The notes under the pieces are model-generated. The model saw only the letters and a program-made list of their open reading frames with translations. It made no database searches and had not been told where the DNA came from. A DNA stretch of 64,000 bases from Selaginella moellendorffii (Eukaryota; Plantae; Lycopodiophyta): the NCBI RefSeq assembly GCF_000143415.4, contig NW_003314381.1:400293-464292 (forward strand), read 5' to 3'. Positions 38,942 to 51,710 of the stretch are shown here, in pieces (the first letter of the stretch is position 1; each line of letters begins with the position of its first letter). The translations under genes and the position numbers were made by a program.

Positions 38942-41900
38942 TGTGTACTCAGCCTGGTTTGAGAAACTTGAGTCATTGGCTTGCACTTGTTAGTATTAAG
39001 AACCCCTGCGATATTGAGATTGGTCTCTCAATATTATTTGAATGATAGTTTATTGTGTCTACCAAACACCCTCGTTATCATTCCCTTTGTGTTAGTTTCA
39101 CTTTAGTCCCAAATGCTATTTATGGAAAGTGTTTAGATTTATTCATTTGGCATATCTACGGAATGTAGAGATTGTTTTGAACACAATGGTGTTTGTCCCG
39201 TGTCCAAATTCACAATCTAGGAACATTCCATATTTAGTAAGTTTCAAGCTTGTCCCAGAGATTAACTCCTGATATTAAGGAAGGTTTGGGGTGAAAGCCC
39301 AAAGCATGTGTTCCTCAGGGGGGGTTCCAAATGTATAGTAGGGATAGTGGGTAAGTCGGGCATGGCCGACCAACCTAAGGCATAGTCTAACTCTCGCTTG
39401 CGTGCTTGTCATTATTTTGCGTCGGGCTTGGGTCTAAACCTAAATTGCTAGTTGGTGGGGTACCTATATCCTCGCATTAAGCCACCGGTATGCTGAAATA
39501 GTGCCAAATTTTGTTTGGCTCCATTTTGTGTGTTGGTTCTAGCATTGGGATGCTAGTTGCTCTAGGATTGTTCCAAGTCGCTCCGAGCTCCTGTCCCTTC
39601 GCTCCTTGGGCTGTATGCTCGGGAGTTACTCTGTGGTTCGGTTCCATCACTCCTTGGCTCTATGCTTAGGAGTTTGGCATCGTTCTTTCGTTCAGTGGCC
39701 CAAGGCCCTGAACCTCGGGTTCTGCACCAGACACGTGGCATGTGTCACGTGGCATAAAGAAGGTTTATGTTCTGCTTCGTGGTGTTATCCTATAGTAAAT
39801 CACTATAGGATAAAAGGTAAAAACCACGTGCGCTACATTTGGTATCAGAGGATATGTCTTAGCGAGTACTTGGGCAACTAGTCTCATTGCATACACAGAA
39901 ATGAAAACGATGATCCGAGTGGGTACACATTTGGGTGCAAAGACTTCACAATCGTTCCTTAGATATGGATTTTGGTTACCTTTTCGTACTAAAGTAATGA
40001 GCTTGTGCTTGGGCTCATAAGTTGGATGTAAGGTGTTCTATTTGAATGAGTTTGCGCTTGGGCTCATAAGTGAGGCACATTAGCAACTTGAGGTTACACT
40101 TTGAATTGGCAGGATTAATATTAGCCTATCGATGGTTTCATGAATTGTTCCATGTACCGTGAGTGAAAGAAACCTTCCCTGGGTTTGTTATGAGTGGCAA
40201 ATAAGTTGGTCCATAGCTATTTAGCACGGCACTAGTGGATCCTTCCTAGGTATGATTACAAGTGGATCAATCAAGACTGTAGGGATTAATCTATTGATTC
40301 AAATAGTCATTGCCGTGCTCTCTTATGAACTTTTCTTGGATTAGACTGAAGGCAGTGTGAATGCAAGTTGGAGGTTTAGTAAAAAATGAGACCGAAAAGA
40401 GAGTTGTCAGGGACAAAGGATCAAACACGTAAATCATTTTGTCTTTTTGGAGAGATGATTTAAAACGAGGTGTTGTTCACAATATGCAATCAAGATTCCC
40501 TACCTTAATGCATGTTAAAAATTATAATCTTGCAAGTGGTGAGTCATGGGATGGATAGTGGTGAAGTGTTATACCATTTTGTCTAGGCTTGCTATTGAAG
40601 ACTTAGGTTGCAATGCTCAATTCTTTTCCGAGGAATCTTGCTATTGCTCCTTGAATAGCTTGGTGTTGGATTAGTTTTGAGTTTGGTCGGAAAGAGAGTA
40701 GTATAAGCTTGTCCATGTTGTGAACAAAAGTTAGTGGTGTTAAGTGTTGTAAATCTTTATTGGTGGAGTGTGGCATTTATGGTGTATTTTGTTGAATAGA
40801 GTTGGCATTTGATATTCACATAAATTTTTGTAGTAGTGACATAGGTGCTACTCATAGTGTTACTCAATTGATGACCAAGTCATTGTGATACTTATATCAT
40901 ATCCATGTGATAATGAGAAATGTGTTTACAAAGTTGCTTGGGTAAACAATAATCAACCCCAAAGTGGTTGATATTGAAACTGGTCTACTTACATAAAGTA
41001 GCATTGTAGTAGCTTTGACTGAATTCTCGATGGTGGTTCATTATGCTAAGCATAAGTTGGTACTTTGTTCCTTGAGGGTTTGCCTATAAGGTATTGGAAA
41101 AGAGTTGTAGCATTCACTTGTTATGGTTTGTTGGTTGATCCATTAGCACTTGGAGTAAATTTTTGGATGGAGAAGATGTGTAGTTGAGGCATTGATATCG
41201 CTGGCATTTGTGTTAGTGCAAGTGGCATTGTTATTTCGAGTGATGAGGAATTTTCCTTAGACCTTGATTTTTCATGTCATTTTTCTTGTTAGTGTTTTGG
41301 CTTCACATTGGATCTTGAAGGTGGTTAAAGAAGAGCATTACTGCAATATGGATATCTGAAGATATGGTCTTCATGATCAAGCCTTGGATGTTCATTTTGT
41401 ATTTTACGGATGTCAATGTTAGATTCAGAAAAATGGGCAAAAGATATTCGAAGCTTAAGCATATTGTTGGATCATGAGAATTTGTGTTGAGGTGAACCTA
41501 TGTGAAGTTGTTTGTAAGAGGAAGTTGGATGAGTCTTAAAATTTTGCATTCCTGGACTGAGAGTCATTCTTTCTCTAAGATGGAAAATTTTCCACAAATT
41601 TGCTTAGACTTATCCAATGGCTGAGCTGTTGATCACTTTGTTCGAAAACCATTCTATTTTCGTAAGCCAATACAAACTAGTGAAGGGGTTGGAGTTGACC
41701 TTGGTTAGCTTAGACCTTAGTAAGTGGTTTGTATGATGCGACCTGAAAGGGATACTAACTTTTAGGGCTAAAGCAATTGAGTTGGATAAAGTTTGGAGTT
41801 GGTGTAGAAAAGTAGCCATTGCACTTTTTTAAAAAGGTGACCTTTGTGCCTTTCTTCTATAGCATTTTGCTTAGTGGCAAGTTGTATCTTGCATTTCATT

Positions 41901-44900
41901 AAACTCTATAAGACTAGTGAGCTTTCACTGATCTTAACTTGGTCTTGATGGTTTTGCATGTTGGTTGAGGATAGTGATGTCCAACTTAGTTGTTTAATGT
42001 TAAGATGTTAGTACCCATACTATAGCCTTGTTAGTGAGGAAGTTGTGTACCGATATGAGTTCATCTTATGGTCTCCCTTTGGTTTCGACTGAGTGTTGAT
42101 AATGCATAGCTAGCTTCTTCAAAGGATGCTCAGAGATATTGGCTAGACGTGTTGGTGAGCTTATTTTAGTTGAGTTAGATTTGAGTGGCCATTTAGTTTG
42201 TGCTTGTTCATGTTCCTATATTTCGTACCTGAAGTATTATGTTTATATTGAACAAGTATATAATTTGATGATGCGAGTTTAATGTTGGGTCTTGTGAAGG
42301 TAAGTTGAAGAATGGTTGTTGGTTGCTTTGCAACTAATGATTGCTTGTAGACTTTGCTAAAGACTGTTAACACTTGCTTCACTCAATAAACTTGCTTTAC
42401 CGAATGGTGTTGCAGAGGATTGTGTCATGGCTTAGATGGTTTTTCCATGTTAGCATGTCGATTCTTCTATTGATATCATTTGGTTACGTGTTGGATTTCA
42501 TGGAGTTTTGGATGTGGTGAATCACTCCTTGATGATGTGTTAATTGAAATTGAGTATTGTTGGAGGATTAGTCTCAGATACTGATTAATGTATCTTCGAC
42601 TTTGGTTAGCTTAGTTGCTAAAGAGTTTTGAGTGGTGATTCACTCTTGCTTTCTTCTAACTTTGTTATAGTGTTGATGGCATTGAAGTGATGCCTTGTCA
42701 TTGACACTGTTAATGTTAAGATTTGAGTGAAATCAAATTTCTCTCCTTAGGATTGATATTGTGTGTCAAGACCCCTGACAAGATCAAGATTGGAAAATGC
42801 AAAAAGACAAAGAGAAAAGCTAGTGGAAACAAAGAAGAAGCCTTAGACTGGCGTTGATTCAGATTGTGGAGAAATGGAACAAGGCTAACCTATATATACT
42901 ATAGGTTGATGAAGCTCCACCACTCTTGGATCGAGGACGGCCTAAATATAGCTGAGGTCGAGGAGGCGCCACATCATCATCAGGAATGTGGCTCAAGACT
43001 CAGGAATCGGGAAGTGTCTCAAGAGTCAGGAATAGGAAAGTGTCTCGAGAGTCAGGAATGTGGTCTGTAGGTCAGGAATCCGGCGAGAGTCAGGAATGTG
43101 GCAAGAATTGGGGGATTCCTGATAGCACCCCCTCCTCAAGAACGAGTGGAACGAGGATGTGAACGAGAACGAAGAGGAGGATGGGATAAGCGGCGAGGGA
43201 TGGGAGATGGAGAAAAAGAATGAGGACTGGGACGAGAAGGATAGCGGCGGTGGAAGTCATGAACAAGGTCAGGAGAATGAAGCAGGTTGTCTGCAGGTTC
43301 CCAAGTGCGTTCCTCAGGTCCGTAACCCTTCCAGTCCACCAGATAGTAGAGTTTAGACCGTGAAATCTTGGAATCAAGGATGTCCTGAACCTTGTACTCA
43401 GACCCATCCTCGAGCTGCACTGGTGAAGGCGGAGGAATGACCCGATTTGCAATAGGACTGGGAATATAAGGCTCAAGGAGAGAGGAGTGAAAAACGGGGT
43501 GAATTTGATATGAGGAGGGAAGTGTAAGGCGATAAGTGACAGGATTAATGATGGCAGTGATAGGGAAAGGACCAAGGCGTTTGAAATCGAGTTTTGGACA
43601 GGGCCTGGTGGTGGAGATATTTCACCTGAGGAGCCAGACTTTATCCCCGATATTGTAAGGGGGACAATCTTGACGATGGATATTGGCAAATGTTTTATGA
43701 AATTCCTGAGCACGATGGAGGTGGAAGGAGATGGAGTTGTGGATTTCCTGGAGGTTGGAGATAAATGCCTCAGAGCGGGGATTTGAACGAGAGGATTCAG
43801 ATGGAGAAGGAAGTGAGAGATTGAATCGGGGATTTCAGCCAGAGTTTGCAAAGAAGGGGGAAACTCGAAGAGAGGAGTGAACAGAGTTGTTATAGGAGAA
43901 CTCAGCAAGGGGAAGGATATCGAACCAGTTATCCTGATGATAGTTGATGAAGCACCTCAAGAATTGTTCCAACGTCTGAATCGTTCGCTCGGATTGCCCA
44001 TCAATTTGAGGATGATATGCCGAAGAGAGGTTGGCCTTCACTCCAAGCAGCTGCAAAAACTGTTGCCAGAAATGAGAGATGAACTGAGGCCCCCGATCCG
44101 AAACCACATCTGTAGGAATCCCATGAAGTCGGAAAATTTCCCTAAATACCAGTTTTGCCATGTCCTCGCCCGAAAACTCCTTGGTACATGGCAAGAAGTG
44201 CGCCATCTTTGTGAAGCGATCCACCACGACTAAAATGCTGTTGAAGCCTCTAGAACTCGGAAGATCACTCAAGAAATCCATGGAGATGGATTCCCAAGGA
44301 CCTGAAGGGACCGGAAGGGAACGAAGCAAACCTGAAGGAAGGTGGCGAGGTACCTTATTCCGGGCACAAGTGTCATAGGAGGTAACAAAAGCTTTGATGT
44401 AGTCGTCCATGTGAGGCCACCAAAAGTCCCATGCAACTAGCTCATAGGTTTTCACAATGCCGAAGTGACCAGCAGTCGGGCTATCGTGGCACGCCATCAG
44501 GACCAACCTTCGAGCATCACCTTCAAGAACGTAAAGCTGCTCCCACGGTACAATAAGCCATCTAAGAACTCGAACTCGTCAAATCGCCGGCAGTCGGGAG
44601 TCACTGGGTGTCCAGCCTGAAGATGGGGGAAAATGTCGCTAGCGAGATCATCGGATTGAAGATCGTTTCTGATTGCATCCATCAAGGAGGAGTCCTGAGG
44701 GGCCAGGGAAATTGCCATAACTTGAAGCCGATCAAGACCGAGGATAACTTGATCCTGTTGATCAAAGGCAGGATTACCAGGCCTAAGACTGAGATAGGAG
44801 CGCCTTGAAAGAGCATCAGGAAGGCCTTGAAACTTTCTAGGTCTATACTTGATAACAAAGTCAAACCGACTCAGGAATTGTGCCCACCTTGCTTGACGAC

Positions 44901-47900
44901 GGCTTAAAACTTGGGAAGTGGCAAAGTACTCGAGATTTTTGTGATCCGTCCAGACTGTTCTTTGATGGCTCGCCCCCTCCAAGAAACGGCGCCACTCTCC
45001 AAAAGAATCCACGATGGCAAGGAGCTCCTTGTCGTGGATTTCATAATTGATCTCCGCAGGCTGGAATTTCCGAGAATGGAAAGCGACCGGATGAAGTTCG
45101 TGATCTGCTCCAAGTTGAGACAGCACAGCACCAATGGCAAAGTCGGAGGCGTCAGCCTCGATGAAGAAAGGTTGTGAGGAATCAGCATGGATCAAGACAA
45201 GAGCAGAACTGAAGGCTGCCTTGAGTGTGTCGAAGGCCTGCTAGGCAACAGCAGACCAAGAGAAGGGAACATCCTTGCGAGTGAGATGTGTGAGAGGAAG
45301 GACAATGTTAGAGTAGTGATCAATGAATTTGCGGTAGAAGTTAGCGAAGCCAAGGAAAACCTGAACGTCCGACATTGATTGTGGAGGCTCCCATTCGAGA
45401 ATAGTCTTGACTTTGGCAGGATCCATCGTGATACCCTCAGGAGTGACAATGTACCCAAGGAACTCCACAGACTGCTAATCAAAGGAACATTTCTCAAGCT
45501 TCGCGTATAGGCCGTGTTCTCGCAGCTTCGCTAGCACCTTGTGAGCATGTTCGTCATGCTCCTCCTGAGTTTTTGAGTAGATGAGGATGTCATCGAGATA
45601 GACGATCACCATCTGATCAAGAAACTCCCGAAAGACGTCGTTTGCCATGTGTTGGAAAACTGCTGGAGCATTTGTCAAGCCAAATGGCATAACAGTGTAC
45701 TCGAAGTGGCCATAGCGGGTTCGGAACGCAGTCTTCCATTCATCACCAGGCCGGATCTGGATCAGGTTGTATGCTCCACGGAGGTCGATCTTGGTGAAGA
45801 AGCGGGCACTGCCGAGGCGTTCCAACAGGTCCGAGATTAGGGGCAGCGGATAACGGTTCCGAACAGTCACCTTGTTCAAACCTCGGTAGTCGATGACTAG
45901 CCGCAAGCTCCCATCCTTCTTCTTGACAAAGAAGACAGGCGCTCCAGCCGGGGACTGCGAATGCTGAATGTAGCCCGAGGCAAGGTTCTCATCCACGTAC
46001 TCTTTGAGGGCCTTAAGCTCGGACGGGGATAACCCATAGATAGGCCCCCACGGAGGTGACGCTCCTTCCTGTAAATCAATGGGACAATCATAAGGCCGAT
46101 GAACAGGCAGTACACTAGCTTTTTTCTTATCAAACACATCCCCAAAATCATGATACTTCTCAGGAAGACTGATAGGAGAAACATGCAAAGCAAAAAGAAA
46201 AAGAGGTTCTTCATGAAGGAGTTCTTTCATAGTGATTGTGGAGATAGGAGGAGGCGTACGACTAAATGGAATGATGAGACGAGGATATGGTCCAGTGTAA
46301 GATGGAAGAGAGGAAAAAGAAGAGGGTGAAAACTTTATAGAGTCAGGAACAAAACCCCGATTTGAGTTTAGGGAACTTTTCCTGATTCGGACTCGATGAA
46401 CAGTAGGGGAAGCTGTGGGAGAGATGAGCTGTAATTCCTTCCAACAGATCTAAGGCTGATGTAGTTAGAACCAAGGAAGATCGAGCACCACAGAGGAGGA
46501 CTTGCTGTTGATGATGTTGAAGGCGATATCGGTGACGGTGGACCCGATGTGTACTTGAACGGGCAACGTTTCCCTAAGTCTAGAAGATGGAGACACAAAA
46601 TGCCCGCCGATGCCTTCAACCCTCAAATCCCGTATGGTAGGAGAAAGAGGAACGTGATGTCGGGCAGCAAAGTCCATGTCCATGAAGCAGGAAGTTGCAC
46701 CCGAGTCCAGTAATGCCAGAGCCTTGAGTCCTGATTGTCCGGTGAAAGAAAGGAGACATGGGACGCGGAAGTTGCGGGAATTGGTGGTGGCTTTGATGAA
46801 AGGTGGTGAGGAGTTTGATAAAGAAGAAAAGTGATTTTTATTCGGGGAGTCCAAACAGACAGCTCCTACTCTGTTTGGACAGGATCGTTTCCCGACTGCA
46901 ATAGAGGTGGACTTTGAGGCAGAGTGAACTCGAGCAGTCGAGGAGGCTTCTTGGGACATACAGCTGCTTTGTGATTAGGATCAGCACAATAGAGGCAAAG
47001 ATTGTGAGATATTCGACGTTGCTTCTCAGCAGGACTCAACTTCCCTCTAATGAGTCGGGGAGTACCAGAAATATCCATTGGAACCGGAGCAGTAGGTTCA
47101 GGAGTATGCCCCGAAGACTCAAGCTGGGATTCCTGAGTCTGGGACGGAAAAACAGCGGCGCGGCGACTTTCCTGACGACGTTCAAAGAGACGATTGTCAC
47201 ATCGAACAGCTTTGTTGATGGCATCCGACAGGTCCTTGGGATCCTCCATGGTGAGCAACAAATCCTTGACACCGTTGTTGAGGCCGAAACGAAATTGGTC
47301 AATCAGGGCCTGCTCATCCCACTGAGTGTCCAAAGCAAGGAGTTGGAACTCTGCAGCATAGATCGAAGCAGGACGAGACCCCTGAGAGAGACGTCTCATC
47401 TTTGTGGTAGCAGCCCAAACCCGATCTGTCTCGCCAAAACATGCTTCGAGCTTCTCTTTGAACAATGAAGATCCATCAGCTCTGGAACCACGACCCCTTT
47501 CATGCTCTTCTCCAGAAGAGGAGAAAACCATGACAAAGCTGCACCTTCGAGCAACGTCCCAATCGTGCCGATTTGAGACTCGGGAGTAGGGTACTGCTGA
47601 TGTTGAAGTGCAAAGATCAACTCCATCTGGTTCAGGAATCCGCGAAGCTCCAAACGCTTGCCTGAAAATTTTGCCGGGAAGCTCACCTTCGGTTCAGGAA
47701 CTTTGCTGGATCCTTGAGCCGAAAGTGAAGCAAGCTCCTGCTGCATGCGAAGAAGGGTCGCCTTCAGCTCGGTATTCTCAGACTGGATTTTTGCAAGGAC
47801 TTCAGCAAAGAAATCAGGATGGCTTGGAGACTCCATTGGCAAGAAGAAAGGAAAAAGGGGGAAAAAAAGGCAAAGGTAATCAAACAATCAAAACGAGCTA

Positions 47901-50870
47901 AATCAAAAAACGAAAAAACACAATCTGAATCAAACTGTCAAGACCCCTGACAAGATCAAGATTGGAAAATGCAAAAAGACAAAGAGAAAAGCTAGTGGAA
48001 ACAAAGAAAAGGCCTTAGACTGGCGTTGATTCAGATTGTGGAGAAATGGAACAAGGCTAACCTATATATACTATAGGTTGATGAAGCTCCACCACTCTTG
48101 GATCGAGGACGGCCTAAATATAGCTGAGGTCGAGGAGGCGCCACATCATCATCAGGAATGTGGCTCGAGACTCAGGAATCGGGAAGTGTCTCAAGAGTCA
48201 GGAATGTGGTCTGTAGGTCAGGAATCCGGCGAGAGTCAAGAATGTGGCAAGAATTGGGGGATCCTGACATTGTGTTTCATTAGTCTCGATGAAAATAGTG
48301 TTGATGATTTGGTTATGGCTTTGTGTTATTTGCATTCGTGCATTGCTAGTTAGCAACTATGTTGACGTTCAAATGAACTAAGTGGCAAGTTTGAGTTAGT
48401 TGTGTTCTAGACGAGATTATTTAGTAGGGGTTGAGCTTTGGCTTTTCTTTGAAAAGTGATTTAATCGTGGATTATGCTAACTTTACAAGAGAAAGAGTTA
48501 ATGATTGATATTGAAGATGTTAGTCCTTTGTTGGATTTGCGTTATGATATATTTATCATTGATGATTCTTTTTATGCTTGTTATGATGTGAGTTACGTCT
48601 TGTTATAGATGGATTCATAGAGGATCGGTTTGATGATCACTTGTTAAGCATAACTCCATTGTGCTTGGCTTTTGGATTGATACAGATATGCTCTTCATTA
48701 GCTTTGCATTATGAAGTTTGGATTATAGATATGTTGAGGAGGATATTGTGGGTTGTATTATGATTTCTTCTTTAACATTGAAATTAGTTCATGCGAGACT
48801 CGTGATCATTGTTATGCAAGACTTGGCTATAGACTTCTTCAAACATTTGGTTCCTTGAGTTTTCATGCTCATTCTTCCATTTGTTAAAAGTTGTTGGGGG
48901 AAGGCATTTTGGCTCATTAATTTCAATATTAAAGTTAATGTTTGCATTTGGCAATCATTGGTGATGATTGCTATCATTCACAATAGTTGATTATCCTTGT
49001 TAAAGGTTTTGCTTGATTATTGTTGATGTAAAATGATGTGCCATTTTTCGGGATGGTGAATTCTTTTTTCAACGATGATTATACATCTCTCTTTTTGATG
49101 AGATGATTGATGGTTTTTCATGATAGTTAATTGTTTTCTTTGATGGTTTTTGGTTTTTCACATTACCACATGTTCTTTGTGTTCTGCTTTGGATTGGTCT
49201 CTTGGGTTTGAGATATCGATAGGATGTTACTAACACTTGCTTGAGCAACTATGGTTCCTTGGTATTGTTAACCATAATCTATTTAGATTGGCTAGTGCAT
49301 TAGTTGGCATGAATGAATGTTTGTTGGTCTTACCACATTCATTCTGTTCTGTTGATTATTGCTTGAGTTAGTTCTAATAAATTAAGATGTTATTTCCTTC
49401 GGATGATACATTTGCGAGCATTGTGCTTGCCAGTCGATGATACTTTGTGTTCTTTTAGTTGTCTTTTGTAAGTTGTTTTGCATGCTCTCTACAATCTTTG
49501 ATAATTATGTTTTATCATTGATGTTTCTTGATGATACACTGACTATTGAATTTTGTTGGATAGTGCATCCTATGTTTTCCAAACATGATGCTCTTGGTGG
49601 ATCCTATATATTATAATACTTGTTTATCGGATGATAACTTACTTGGAATAATTTTGTGTTCTCATTTAAGATTTATTCACTGATAATTAAGACTTTAAGA
49701 TATCATTGTTTATGACTTTGATATTGTCCATCTATTTATCTTTGAGTTTGGGCCAGTATAGGCAGCCTGGCTTCGGCACTCTGTGTATCAAAAATTACCT
49801 ATCGGCTAGTCCTTTCGAATATTCTTTCTTTACTGCTATGATGGTAGGAGGTCAGTATTGCTAGACCAGTTATCAGTTTCCCACTTGAGCTAGTTGAGAA
49901 ACTGGTCAATGACCATGTACTTAAATTGAATAAACATAAGGTAGGAACCCTATGTGTTTCTTGCTGAGCGTACTCAGCTTGGTTTGAGAAACTTGAGTCA
50001 TTGGCTTGCACTTGTTAGTATTAAGAACCCCCGCGATATTAAGATTGGTCCTTCAATATTATCTAGATGATAGCTTACTGTGTCTACCAAACACCCTTGC
50101 TATCATTCCCTTTGTGTTAGTCTCACTTTAGTCCCAAATGCTATTTATGGAAAGTGTTTAGATGTGCTCATTTAGCATATCTACGGAATGTAGAGATTGT
50201 TCTGAACACAATGGTGTTTGTCCCGTGTCCAAATTCGCAATCTAGGAACATTCCATATTTAGTAAGTTTTAAGCTTATCCCAGAGACTAACTCCTGGTAC
50301 TAAAGGAGGCTTGGGGTGAAAGCCCAAAGTGTATGGTCCTCAGGGGAGGGGGGTTATGGGGGGTTCCAAATGTATAGTAGGCATAATCTAGTTCTCGCTT
50401 GTGTGCCTGTCCTTGTTCTGCATTCAGCTTGGGTCTAAGCCCAAGTTCCATACCATGCTAGTTGGTGGGGTACCCATATCCTCACGTTAGGCCACTAGTA
50501 TGCTGAAATAGTGCCAAACTCCATTTGGCTCCGTTTTGCGTGCTGGTCCTAGCATTAGGATGCTGGTTGCTCTAGGATTATTCCAAGTTGCTCCAGGCCC
50601 TGTCCCTTCGCCCCTTGGGCTGTATGCTCGGGAGTTACTCTATGGTTCGGTTCCGTCATTCCTTGGCTCCATGCTTGGGAGTTTGGCACCATTCTTTTGT
50701 TCAATAGCCCAAGGTCTTGAACCTCGGATTCCGCACCACTGTCCTTTGGACATATGGCATATGACACGTGGCATGTGTCAAGTGGCATAAAGATGGTTTA
50801 GGTTCCACTTCATAGTGTTATCCTATGGTAAATCACCATAGGATAAAGGGTAAAAACCACATGCGCTACA
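38942..50870 (+). mobile_element. Old degenerate Ty3/Gypsy LTR retrotransposon hosting a nested chromovirus
   Basis: ~0.9-kb diverged LTRs at ~38942-39837 and 49965-50870, both ending CGCTACA. iMet PBS TGGTATCAGAG at 39840-39850. Protease relic DIGATHS ~40840. The flanks rejoin to match the empty sites at ~35215-35235 and ~61150-61180. Confidence 0.85.
42764..48269 (-). mobile_element. Chromovirus (Tcn1/Tf1-sushi-like Ty3/Gypsy), full length but with disabled ORFs
   Basis: LTRs 42764-43124 and 47936-48269, TSD TTGTG on both sides, PPT at 43125-43140. Gag PAKFSG and CLYCADPNHKAAVC, protease [17 protein letters not shown], RNase H EADASDFAIGAVL, integrase H..H..C, SMDF, VSDRGPQF, GQSER, chromodomain YKVQDILD..YLVDWKGYGPEERTWEP. 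Confidence 0.97.
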
Positions 50871-51056
50871 AGTTCGTGCAATTGTTTGATGGAATATAGT
50901 TGCAACTGAACAATCGAACTTAATTGATGGCAATATTCATAGCACGTGGTATAGCTCCTCTTGCTCTTGCTACTAATCCTCGCATCTAGCCAAAGTTATT
51001 CAGTGGGAATTTTGGGAATGATGTGTACTATTGATTCGTTGGATGATGCTTAATGT

Positions 51057-51710
51057 TTGTGTGAGTTTCCCACATATCTCCAAGGGATGGTGCTGCGGTG
51101 GTACAATGGTATGAGCACAGCCATTTATGAGGATTTGAGTATTTTCCTAGACGTATTTAAACTTGTATTTAGATATGCTAATAATTGTGATGATGCCTTC
51201 CAAAAATTACATCATATTCATCAAGGGCTATATGAGTCGGTGATGTAATTTAGCGTTCGAGGAAGTGGAGCTGAAGGATGTGTAATGAAAAGTGGAAGAG
51301 GTAATGTCTCATAACGTTATGTCAAGTGAAGGGCATTGTCAAGGATGGCTAGAGCAAGTGTATGCCCAAATTCTACAAAATCTTGACAAAATGTTAGCCA
51401 TAACATTTATAGCTTGATCCACTTTGACATATTTAACTCCGCATAAAGCAAGAGTCCACTTCCTATGAAAGATGGTTATGTTCCAATGGAAATTGATATT
51501 ACTGTTGCCCAAGTTCAAGAACAAAGGCAAGGATGTGGTTATAATCGTGATGTTCATTGTTGGGAGTCTGATAAAGTTAGTTACACTTATCAATGTTGTT
51601 GGCATTTTCTGGATTAGTGACTTATATTTCCTAGGTGTCAACAATGTCTTGTTCATGTTGTTGTAGTGGAAGGTTTGGACACCGAGATGCATCCAGAAAA
51701 CGAGGAACCC
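51057..51710 (+). mobile_element. Degenerate gag fragment (inverted spacer copy)
   Basis: ORF 51057-51248 CEFPTYLQGMVLRWY..DDAFQKLHHIHQGLYESV. Confidence 0.6.

Noticed and set aside
43000-43110. Short direct repeats (GAGTCAGGAAT) resembling a CRISPR-like array
   Set aside because: Tandem subrepeats inside the chromovirus LTR. No unique spacers, and the context is eukaryotic.
43090-43908. 272-aa ORF as a separate gene
   Set aside because: Alternative frame over the integrase C-terminus and chromodomain region.
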